Of a stretch of 64,000 nt of DNA, positions 18,087 through 26,200 are shown one piece after another. This stretch comes from Candidatus Limnocylindrales bacterium (lineage in GTDB: Bacteria; Chloroflexota; Limnocylindria; Limnocylindrales; CSP1-4), in assembly GCA_038214255.1 (NCBI GenBank), contig JBBQRZ010000007.1:36730-100729 (forward strand). Reading direction: 5' to 3'. Both the position numbers and the translations under genes were made by a program. The notes below the pieces were generated by a model, which was given only the letters and a program-made list of their open reading frames with translations, was not told the origin of the DNA and searched no databases. The number at the start of each line of letters is the position of its first letter. Position 1 is the stretch's first letter.

Positions 18087-19195
18087 CGGTCGGCACCCGG
18101 GTCCCGGCCGTCGGCGGCAGCCGAACCGTCCCCGCCCCCGACGCGATCGCGACCGACTACCTCCTGCTCGGCCTGCGGCTCGACCAGCACACGCCGGGTC
18201 TCGTCGACGGCTACTTCGGTCCGGCGGCGCTCAAGAGCAAGGTCGATCTCGAGCAGCGTCGCCCGGCCGCCCGACTGCGGGAGGATGCCGCGGTCCTGCG
18301 CGGACGCGTGGTCACCGACGTCGCCGATCCCAGCCGTCGGGCCTGGCTCGACGGCCAGCTCGTCGCCCTCGAGGCGCAGGCCGGGGTCTTGGCCGGTGAC
18401 GATCTCGGATTCGAGGAGCGGGTGGCCCGCTACATGGGCTTCTCCCCGGCCCGTCGCGACGACGCGGGATTCGCGTCCGCGACGGCCGCCATCGACGCGC
18501 TGCTCCCCGGGGACGCGCCGCTGAACGCTCGCCTGGAGGCCTGGGACCGGGGGCTCGTCATCCCGATCGATCGGTTGCCGGGCGTCGTCGACTGGCTCGT
18601 GGAACGCGTTCGCACGCGCGCCCGGGAGCTGTTCGGCCTGCCGGCTGGCGAGGATCTGCGCGTCGCGCTCGTGACCGGACAGCCGTGGACCGCCTACAAC
18701 TGGTACGACGGCGGTGGGCACTCGCGGGTCGACCTGAACACCGACCTGCCGTCCCGCGCTCCGGACCTCATCCGGACGATCGCCCACGAGACCTATCCGG
18801 GCCACCATCTCGAGCAGGCCTGGAAGGAGGCGGACCTCGTTGAGCGCGAGGGCCGGCTGGAGGCCTCGCTGATGCTGATCAATACCCCGGACTGCGTCGT
18901 GAGCGAGGGCCTCGCGGAGGTCGGGACGACCTTCGCGTCTCCCCTCGTCGAGCGCGCCGACCTGCTCGTCGAGCTGTTCGAGCGCGCCGCGCTGCCCATT
19001 GCCAACGACCGGGCCGCGACGCGCGATGCCGCCGCGATCGCGGCCGCTCTCGATACGCCGCGACACACGCTCGCTGCGATCCGCGGCGAGGCCGCCCGGC
19101 GCCGGTTCACGGACGGGCGCTCGCACGAGGAGGTGCTCGACTATCTCGTCGCGGTGGCCGCCCTGCCGCCCGACATCGCGGCCAAGCGCCTATAG
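18083..19195 (+). CDS. DUF885-like putative metallopeptidase, terminated by an in-frame TAG inside an apparently conserved block
   Basis: HETYPGHHLEQ resembles the DUF885 HExxPGHHxQ motif. Its GTG overlaps the upstream stop (GTGA at 18083-18086). Confidence 0.65.
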   Translation: MTVGTRVPAVGGSRTVPAPDAIATDYLLLGLRLDQHTPGLVDGYFGPAALKSKVDLEQRRPAARLREDAAVLRGRVVTDVADPSRRAWLDGQLVALEAQAGVLAGDDLGFEERVARYMGFSPARRDDAGFASATAAIDALLPGDAPLNARLEAWDRGLVIPIDRLPGVVDWLVERVRTRARELFGLPAGEDLRVALVTGQPWTAYNWYDGGGHSRVDLNTDLPSRAPDLIRTIAHETYPGHHLEQAWKEADLVEREGRLEASLMLINTPDCVVSEGLAEVGTTFASPLVERADLLVELFERAALPIANDRAATRDAAAIAAALDTPRHTLAAIRGEAARRRFTDGRSHEEVLDYLVAVAALPPDIAAKRL

Positions 19196-19366
19196 TTCAT
19201 CGAGCACCCGATGTGGCGCACCTACACCTTCGTCTATGCGGAGGGCGAATCACTCGTGCGCCGCTGGATCGACGCAGGCGAGGCGGCCGAGCGGACGAGC
19301 CGCTTCGGCCGCCTGTTGCACGAGCAGATCACGCCGGATCGGCTCCTGGAGAGCGCGCCGGACTGA
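19196..19366 (+). other. In-frame 56-codon continuation of the DUF885-like gene after TAG 19193-19195
   Basis: The same frame continues FIEHPMWRTYTFVYAEGESLVRRWIDAGE...ESAPD, ending at TGA 19364-19366. The composition is protein-like. Confidence 0.5.
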
Positions 19367-20081
19367 TCGCGGTCGGGGTCGGACGGCCGGCCAGCCACGC
19401 CATCGCGAACCCGGCGCTCGCCCCAGCCAGGATGGCCAGCAGGACGATGCCGAGCACCGGGATCCCGCCCGATCCCGTTTCGGCCGCCGCCAGCCGGGCG
19501 GCCAGGTCATCGCGCGACTTGGTCAGCGCCTGGACCTCGTTCTCGAGGGTCGCGGTCTGGGCGCGGAGCCCGCCGATCGATGTTTCGAGATCGTTGAACT
19601 GCGGGCCGAGGCTGGAATCCAGCTCGTGCCGCATGTCGCGCTTGGCCTGCTCGATCGCCGTCATGGCGACCGCCGGGTCGAACGCGGGCACCGCGCCCGA
19701 GACGGCCTGCACCTGCAGCGTCACCGGCACGCTATCGACGATGAGATCCGGCATCGAGACGGACCAGGTCCAGTAGCCGGCCGAGGGGAACCTGACCTTC
19801 GCGACGAAGTGTCCGTCCGCGCCGCTCGCCGTCGGCGTGAAGTCCCGCCGCTCGCCGGTCGTGGCGTTCGTGATCGAGACCGTTGGATGGACCCAGCCGG
19901 CCGGCGTCACGCCGTGCTGCAGGACGGTGAACCCGAGCTCGACTGTCGTGCCGGCGACCGGTTTGGTCGTCGCGCCGGCGTCGGCCTTGATGTCGGCCCA
20001 GCCGCCGGCGATCGCGGTGCTCGAGGCGAGGAGGAGCAACAGGGCCGCGCTCGACAGCGCGGCAAGGGTTCGTCGGATCAT
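19329..20081 (-). CDS. Secreted/anchored hypothetical protein (signal peptide, Ig-like N-domain, coiled coil, C-terminal TM)
   Basis: Signal peptide MIRRTLAALSSAALLLLLASSTAIAG. Heptad-like segment LRAQTATLENEVQALTKSRDDLAARL. C-terminal helix IPVLGIVLLAILAGASAGFAMAWL. Confidence 0.65.
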   Translation of the reverse strand: MIRRTLAALSSAALLLLLASSTAIAGGWADIKADAGATTKPVAGTTVELGFTVLQHGVTPAGWVHPTVSITNATTGERRDFTPTASGADGHFVAKVRFPSAGYWTWSVSMPDLIVDSVPVTLQVQAVSGAVPAFDPAVAMTAIEQAKRDMRHELDSSLGPQFNDLETSIGGLRAQTATLENEVQALTKSRDDLAARLAAAETGSGGIPVLGIVLLAILAGASAGFAMAWLAGRPTPTAISPARSPGADPA

Positions 20082-20166
20082 GACGTCGACCTCCAGCGGG
20101 GACCGGGCGGCCCGGTGATGTCCTCCCTACACCGGATGGCCGGGATCGGTTCCCGGCGGGGCCGCC

Positions 20167-20667
20167 TCAGAGCTCCCGGATGAAGACCACCCGGTCGTCA
20201 CCTTCGCCGTCGTAGTCGGCATACGCCGGCGTGCCGTACAGACGTTGCGTGCCCGGGCCCTCCTCGACGCGGAACCCGATCGAGGTGTGGAACGCGACGG
20301 AGATGCGGTTGCCTGGCCAGGTGATCGCCTTGACCCGGGCGACGCCGCGGTCGCGGACATCGTCGATGAAGTGCTCGTACAGATCACGACCAAGGCCCGC
20401 CCGGCGGCCGTTCGGGTTCGTGGCGACCATGTGAACGTAGGCCGTGTCCGGGTGGTCCTGGCTGATGAAGCCGATCAGGAAACCGGCCACCCGGCCGTCC
20501 GTTCGCTCGGCGATCCAGGAGGTCCCGGTGAAATGCTGGAGCCAGAGCCGCGGCAGCAGGAGGCGTATCCGACGCCCGCCCCACCAGTCGTCGACGAGCC
20601 CGACGAGGCGCGGGTGATCGGCCTCGACCGGCCGGCGGAACGTGATGCCGTCGGCAGAGCCGCTCAT
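20167..20667 (-). CDS. GNAT family N-acetyltransferase
   Basis: VATNPNGRRAGLGRDLYEHF is the acetyl-CoA-binding (Q/R)xxGxG/A motif. The start at 20667 overlaps the upstream stop (ATGA). Confidence 0.75.
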   Translation of the reverse strand: MSGSADGITFRRPVEADHPRLVGLVDDWWGGRRIRLLLPRLWLQHFTGTSWIAERTDGRVAGFLIGFISQDHPDTAYVHMVATNPNGRRAGLGRDLYEHFIDDVRDRGVARVKAITWPGNRISVAFHTSIGFRVEEGPGTQRLYGTPAYADYDGEGDDRVVFIREL

Positions 20668-21182
20668 CGGGCCGACCACCACGCGACAACCAGCGCGAGG
20701 GCGACCTGGAGCGGGACGAGCACGCCGAACGTCTGCCCGAGGTAGTCCGGGAGGGTGAGCACCCCGCCTTCGGTCCGGGCGTAGAGCCACAGGCCCAGCT
20801 GGCCGACCAGGACGCCGGCGACCGCGATCCCGGCGGCCAGCCACGCCCGCCGGGGTGATGCGAGGCTGTCGCCCGCGCCGGCGGCGAGGCCGAGCGCCGC
20901 CCCGCGTCCGGTGAGCGCGGCCACGACGAGCAGGCCCGCGGAGATCGTGATCACGCCCCCGAGGAGGACCGTCAGCCCAGCGCCGATGAGGCCAACCACC
21001 ACGGCGAAGGCGACGCCACGGGCCGGCGATCCGCCGCCGGCCGGCGAGGCGCCGCCGCCCGGGGTTGCCCCGGGTGCGCCGATCGGCGCCGCGCCCTCGC
21101 GGTAACGGTCCGAGGGCGGGTGGTCCAGTCGTCGCTCGCCGGGCTGCTGGGGCGGGTCGTCGGGTGGTGGCATGGCGGCCAT
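20664..21182 (-). CDS. Hypothetical integral membrane protein with Pro/Gly-rich N-terminus
   Basis: Three or four hydrophobic helices. Translationally coupled to the GNAT gene. Confidence 0.55.
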   Translation of the reverse strand: MAAMPPPDDPPQQPGERRLDHPPSDRYREGAAPIGAPGATPGGGASPAGGGSPARGVAFAVVVGLIGAGLTVLLGGVITISAGLLVVAALTGRGAALGLAAGAGDSLASPRRAWLAAGIAVAGVLVGQLGLWLYARTEGGVLTLPDYLGQTFGVLVPLQVALALVVAWWSAR

Positions 21183-21208
21183 CGTAGTCGGACGCTAGAC
21201 TCCCGATC

Positions 21209-21691
21209 GTGAGCCATCCAAGCCTCGGCCTGCCGCCGGACGATCCGTTCGCCGATGCCTCGGATGCGCCGCGGCGCGTCCGCGATCGGGCGTCCGATCT
21301 CGCGGCCCGAGCCCTCGCCGTGGCGATCGATCGCGATCCGACCTTTCGCGAGCGCTACGACGAGGTCGGCCTCCGCGCCCGGCTCCACGACGCGGAGATG
21401 TTCGTCGACCGCCTGGCCGTCGCCCTGGCCACCGAGCGGCTCGACCTCGTCGACCAGTACGCCGACTGGACCGTGCCGATGTATCGCCGCAAGCGGGTGC
21501 CGCTCGACGACATGATCGCGCTGTGTGAGGGCCTCAAGGCAGCGCTTCCCGCCCTCCTCGCCGAGGCCGAGCTCCCGCCCGCCTACCAGGCGCTCGACGG
21601 GGCGATCGCCGTGTATCGCAACCAGCGGCGGATCGCCGGGGATGCGCGCCCGCGCAACCGCTTCATCCAGTTCATCTACAAGGGCGCGTAG
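21209..21691 (+). CDS. Hypothetical protein
   Basis: 160-aa ORF with a GTG start and helical, protein-like composition. No motif recognised. Confidence 0.5.
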   Translation: MSHPSLGLPPDDPFADASDAPRRVRDRASDLAARALAVAIDRDPTFRERYDEVGLRARLHDAEMFVDRLAVALATERLDLVDQYADWTVPMYRRKRVPLDDMIALCEGLKAALPALLAEAELPPAYQALDGAIAVYRNQRRIAGDARPRNRFIQFIYKGA

Positions 21692-21699
21692 GTGCCCCG

Positions 21700-22029
21700 A
21701 TGACGATCAAGTGGGTGCAGCAGGACCCGCTCGTCATGAACGGGGAGCCGTTCTGCTACAACTCCCGCCTGACCGTGCGCCAGCTGCTCGAGCTGCGGTC
21801 GAACGGCTACGACCTGACCCGGATCCTGACCGATCACCCGGAGTTGCGGGTCGTCGGGATCGCGGCGGCATTCACGTACGCGGCCGCGCACCGCGAGCGT
21901 TACGCGGACTTCTTCGAGCCCGACGGGTCGCTGGCCGGTCCCGGCTATACCGAGACGGAAGCCGCCGGTCTGCCCGCGCAGTACCGCCAGCCCGGGATCG
22001 TCGTCAAAACCGCGGTTCCGCCGGCCTGA
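21700..22029 (+). CDS. DUF433 domain protein (antitoxin-like HTH)
   Basis: PLVMNGEPFCYNSRLTVRQLLELRSNGYDLTRILTDHPELRVVGIAAAFTYA matches my recollection of the DUF433 pattern. Confidence 0.65.
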   Translation: MTIKWVQQDPLVMNGEPFCYNSRLTVRQLLELRSNGYDLTRILTDHPELRVVGIAAAFTYAAAHRERYADFFEPDGSLAGPGYTETEAAGLPAQYRQPGIVVKTAVPPA

Positions 22030-22074
22030 TCGCCCGTCTGGGAATTCCGACCCGAGTGGTAGGATTATTCCGAT

Positions 22075-22425
22075 ATGACCGACACCCCAACCGACGTCCA
22101 GGTCCCCCAGGCCGCGCCTGCCGCCGAGGCAGCCGGGTTCGACCCCGAGCGTCGCGCCACCGAGCTTGCGATCCTCGATGCACTGCGAGCGGTCGTGGAC
22201 CCCGAGATCGGGATGAACGTCGTCGAGCTCGCGTTGATCAAGCAGATCATCCTCGGCCCCGATTCGACCGAGATCAAGATGATCCTGACGACCCCATTCT
22301 GTCCGTACGCCGGATCGATGATCGCCCAGGTCAAGGAGCAGACCGAATCGGTCGTCGAGCACGACGTCAAGGTGACCCTGCTGGCCGAGCGCTGGGATCC
22401 GCGCGATGCCGGCCTGATGTGGTGA
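22075..22425 (+). CDS. DUF59/MIP18-family Fe-S cluster assembly protein (SufT/PaaD-like)
   Basis: ILDALRAVVDPEIGMNVVELALI ... ILTTPFCPYAGSM is the characteristic DUF59 core with its Cys. Confidence 0.8.
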   Translation: MTDTPTDVQVPQAAPAAEAAGFDPERRATELAILDALRAVVDPEIGMNVVELALIKQIILGPDSTEIKMILTTPFCPYAGSMIAQVKEQTESVVEHDVKVTLLAERWDPRDAGLMW

Positions 22426-22492
22426 ACCGATCCCCGAACCACCTGTCCTACTGTTTGTCAGCCATCACCGTGCACGAGGAGCACACCGACTC

Positions 22493-23209
22493 ATGAGCGA
22501 CCAGCGCGTCTCGAATCCCTACGCCACCCCCAGCCCGTCGACGCTCGGCGTCAAGCCGGACGCGAGGCTGGCCCAGGCGTTCCTGACCCACGCCTTCCTG
22601 TGGATGTTCGTCGGGCTGCTCATCAGCGCCGGCGTGGCCTTCTTCGTTCAGTCGACTCCACGGCTGATCCAGTTCGCGGCCGGGAACTTCTTCCTGCTGA
22701 TCATCGCCCAGCTCGCGCTCGTGGTGGTGATCAGCTGGGGCATCAACCGGATCAGCGCCACCGTGGCGCTGGGCCTGTTCTTCGTCTACGCGGCCACGCT
22801 CGGCCTGACCGTCGGGCTCATCGTGACGGGCTACACCGGTGCCTCGGTGGCGACCGCGTTCCTGTCCGCGTCGGCGATGTTCGGGGCGGCGGCGGTCTAC
22901 GGCACCGTCACGAAGCGCTCGCTCGCCGGCCTCGGCGGACTCCTGTTCATGGGCGTGATCGGCCTGCTTGTGGCCATGCTCATCAACGCGTTCGTCGCGA
23001 GCAGCGGGCTGTCATGGATCATCTCGATCGTCGGCGTCGTGTTGTTCACCGGGCTGACGGCCTATGACGTCCAGCGCATCCAGAACGGCCAGCTCGCGAT
23101 CGCGACCGGATCGATGGAGAAGGCCGCCGTCATCGGCGCCCTCCACCTCTACCTCGACTTCGTGAACCTGTTCCTGTTCATGCTTCGGCTCTTCGGGGGC
23201 CGCAACTAG
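22493..23209 (+). CDS. Bax inhibitor-1/YccA family membrane protein
   Basis: Seven hydrophobic helices. TAYDVQRI and LHLYLDFVNLFLFMLRLFG C-terminal motifs. GAGGAG Shine-Dalgarno. Confidence 0.9.
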   Translation: MSDQRVSNPYATPSPSTLGVKPDARLAQAFLTHAFLWMFVGLLISAGVAFFVQSTPRLIQFAAGNFFLLIIAQLALVVVISWGINRISATVALGLFFVYAATLGLTVGLIVTGYTGASVATAFLSASAMFGAAAVYGTVTKRSLAGLGGLLFMGVIGLLVAMLINAFVASSGLSWIISIVGVVLFTGLTAYDVQRIQNGQLAIATGSMEKAAVIGALHLYLDFVNLFLFMLRLFGGRN

Positions 23210-23237
23210 ACTGGTCGCCTCGCTCCCGGCAGCCAAC

Positions 23238-23268
23238 GATCCCCGGCCGAACGGCCGGGGATCTTCTC
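23238..23268. terminator. Intrinsic (bidirectional) terminator: perfect 11-bp stem GATCCCCGGCC-gaac-GGCCGGGGATC followed by TTCTC
   Basis: Read directly. Sits between the convergent BI-1 gene (stop 23209) and GGDEF/EAL gene (stop 23287). Confidence 0.75.
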
Positions 23269-23286
23269 GTCCGCGGGTCGGAACCC

Positions 23287-26200
23287 TCAGGCCGTGCGGC
23301 GCAGACCGGCGACCCGGCGGCGGCTCGCCCGCAGGAGACGCGTCGTGGCGGCGGCGGGCGTGGGTCGCGCGAAGAGGTAGCCCTGCCCGAGGTCGCAGCC
23401 GGCGGCACGCAAACGGTCGGCCTGCGCCCGGGTCTCGATGCCCTCGGCGACCACCCCGATGCCCAGGCCGTGGGCGAGCGCGATGACCGCATCCACGATC
23501 GAGCGGTCCGCCGCGCCGTCGAGCCCCATCACGAACGAGCGGTCGATCTTGATCATGTCGAGCGGCAGGAGCTTGAGGTAGGCGAGCGACGAGTAGCCCG
23601 TTCCGAAGTCGTCGAGGACCAGGCGCACGCCGAGATCGCGTAGTCGTCGGAGGGCCCGGACGCCGATCTCGGACTGGTCCATCACGACGCTCTCGGTGAT
23701 CTCGAGTTCGAGCGCTGCCGGCTCCAGGCCGGTCGCGGCGAGGACCGCCCCAACGTCCTCGACGAGGTCGGCCTGGATGAACTGGCGGGCCGACAGGTTG
23801 ACCGATACGAATGGCCCCGCACTCCTGCCGTTCCCCGAGCGCCGCCAGCGCGCTGCCTGGCGGCAGGCCGTCTCCAGCACCCAGCGACCGAGCGGCACGA
23901 TCAGGCCCGTTTCCTCGGCCATCGGGATGAACGCCATCGGAGCGACCAGGCCACGGGTCGGGTGCTGCCACCGGACGAGGGCCTCGAAGCCGACGATCCG
24001 TTCATCCTCCAGCTCCACGATCGGCTGGTAGTGGACGCGCAGCTCGCCGCGTTCGAGGGCGGCCCGCAGGTCGTTCTCCAGGTCGAGCCGCTCCATCGTC
24101 TGGTCGTTCATCGACGCCTCGAACACGGCGTGGCGCTGGGTCGCATTCGATTTGGCCCGGACCATCGCGATCTCGGCCTCGCGGAGCAGCTCCTCGGGTG
24201 TCGTCCGTCCGCGCGTCGCGACCGCGATGCCCATCGACGCGCTGATGAACCAGTCCCGGCCGTTGAGCGAGAACGGCGCGCGCAACTCCGCGCTGATGCG
24301 GTCGGCGATGTGCCGGGCCTCGTTCGCGTCGGCGACCGGGTCGAGGATGATCCCGAACTCGTCCCCGCCGAACCGCGCGACCGTGTCGCCGGGACGAAGC
24401 CCGACGAGCAGCCACTGGCCGACGGCGACGAGCAACCGGTCGCCGACGGTGTGACCGAGGCTCTCGTTGATGACCATGAACCGGTCGAGGTCGAGGAGGA
24501 CGACCGCGATGCCGGACGTGCCGTCCGCTCGCTCGCGGGCGAGCGCCTGCAGGATCCGGTCGGTCAGCAGCTCGCGATTGGGCAGGCCGGTCGTCGGGTC
24601 GTACAGCGCGCCACGACGGGCCACGTCGGCGAGGCGAGCGTTGTCGAGGCCGATCGAGGCGAGCTTCGCAAAGCTCGTGAGCGCGTCGATCTCGCGGGGG
24701 CCCCAGTGCCGCCCGGTCGCGCCGGCCGAGAGGCCGAGCACCCCGACGGTCCGGCCGCCGGCAAGCAAGGGCACGCCGACGACCGACCCGAACGTGGCAC
24801 TCGGCAGGTTCGGGGAGCGGCCCGACCACAAGTCGTAGTCGTCGATCGCGACGGGCTCGCCGCTGTTCACGACCGCGCCGCTGAGGCCTTCGCCGGGTTG
24901 CATCCGCATGCCGACGAACTCGCTGAACAGACCCGTCCCCACCCGGATGATCAACATCGACCCGTCAGGGTCGAGCAGGTTGATGAACCCGTGCGGTGTG
25001 CCGAGGAGGGCCGTCGCCCGGGCGATGATCATCTCGAGCAGGCCTTCCTGATCCCGCCGGTCCAGGAGCGCGAGGGCCGTCTCGTCGAGGGCCCGCAGGT
25101 ACGGGTCGGCCAGGCCCTCCGGTCGGCCACGATCGGCCGGTTTGACGAGGTAGAGCGCGCGATCCGCGACCGCGACCAGCTCATCCTTGGTCGCGCCGTC
25201 GACGGGGAAGCACGCGATGCCGACGCTGATCGCGATCGGTGGGCCGCCGATCGCGGCCGACCGATCCGCCACCGCTCGCCGGATCCGGTCCGCGACCTCG
25301 TGGGCGACGAGGCGGTCCGCACCCGGCAGGATCGCGGCGAATTCGTCGCCGCCGTAGCGATACAGACGATCCGTTTCGCGCGTAGACGCCTCCATCGCCG
25401 CGGCGATATCGACGAGCAGCGCGTCGCCGGCCGGATGCCCGCGCGAGTCGTTGAATGCCTTGAAGGCATCGAGATCGAGCATGAGGACCGCGAACTGGCT
25501 CGGTCCGCCCTCGATCGCGTCCAGCAGCTCGCGTTGGAAGGCCCCGTGATTGCGCAACCCGGTCAGCGCATCCTGCTCGGCCCGAACCCGGACCTCGCCG
25601 TGCGCCTCTGCGTTCTGAAGGGCGATCGAGGCCTGGCCGGCGAAGAGCTTCACGAGCTCGAACTCGTTGTCGGTGAAGAAGGCCTGGGCCTCGCCCATCC
25701 GCCCGACGTTGAGGGTGCCGATCGTCGCTCGGTTGACGAGGAGGGGCACCACGATCATCGCTTCCGGCTCGAAGGGGGTGCCCGGCACCTGGACGGAGCG
25801 CGGGTCCAGATGTGCCTCGTTGGCCAGGACCGCCTCCCCGTGGTCGATGACCCACCCGGTGATGCCCGGCCCGAGCGGGCTTTCGTGGGCGAGGATCAGC
25901 TCGGCGAACCGATCGCGGGCGATGACCGCCCGCCGCACGCCACGGGCTGGATCGACGCGGTAGACGGTCAGCGTGTCGTACGGGACGATTGCCTTGAGCG
26001 AGTCGGCGATGAGGTCGAGGACGCTCGCGGGCTCGAGGGTCGAGAGCAGCCGCTCGTTGACCTCGAGGAGCCGTCGCTGGCCCTCGAGCTGGAGCTCCAA
26101 CTCGGTCTGCTGACGGCGCAGGCGCTCCATGCTCGAGGCGTTGACGAGGGCCTGCGCCGCGTAGGCGGCGAAGATCGACAGGGTCGTCTCGTCGTCGGTA

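Noticed and set aside
19193-19195. Reading the in-frame TAG of the DUF885-like gene as pyrrolysine or another recoding event.
   Set aside because: There is no supporting machinery or downstream recoding structure that I can recognise. A nonsense mutation or a sequence error is more parsimonious. It is kept as a finding only as an interrupted gene.
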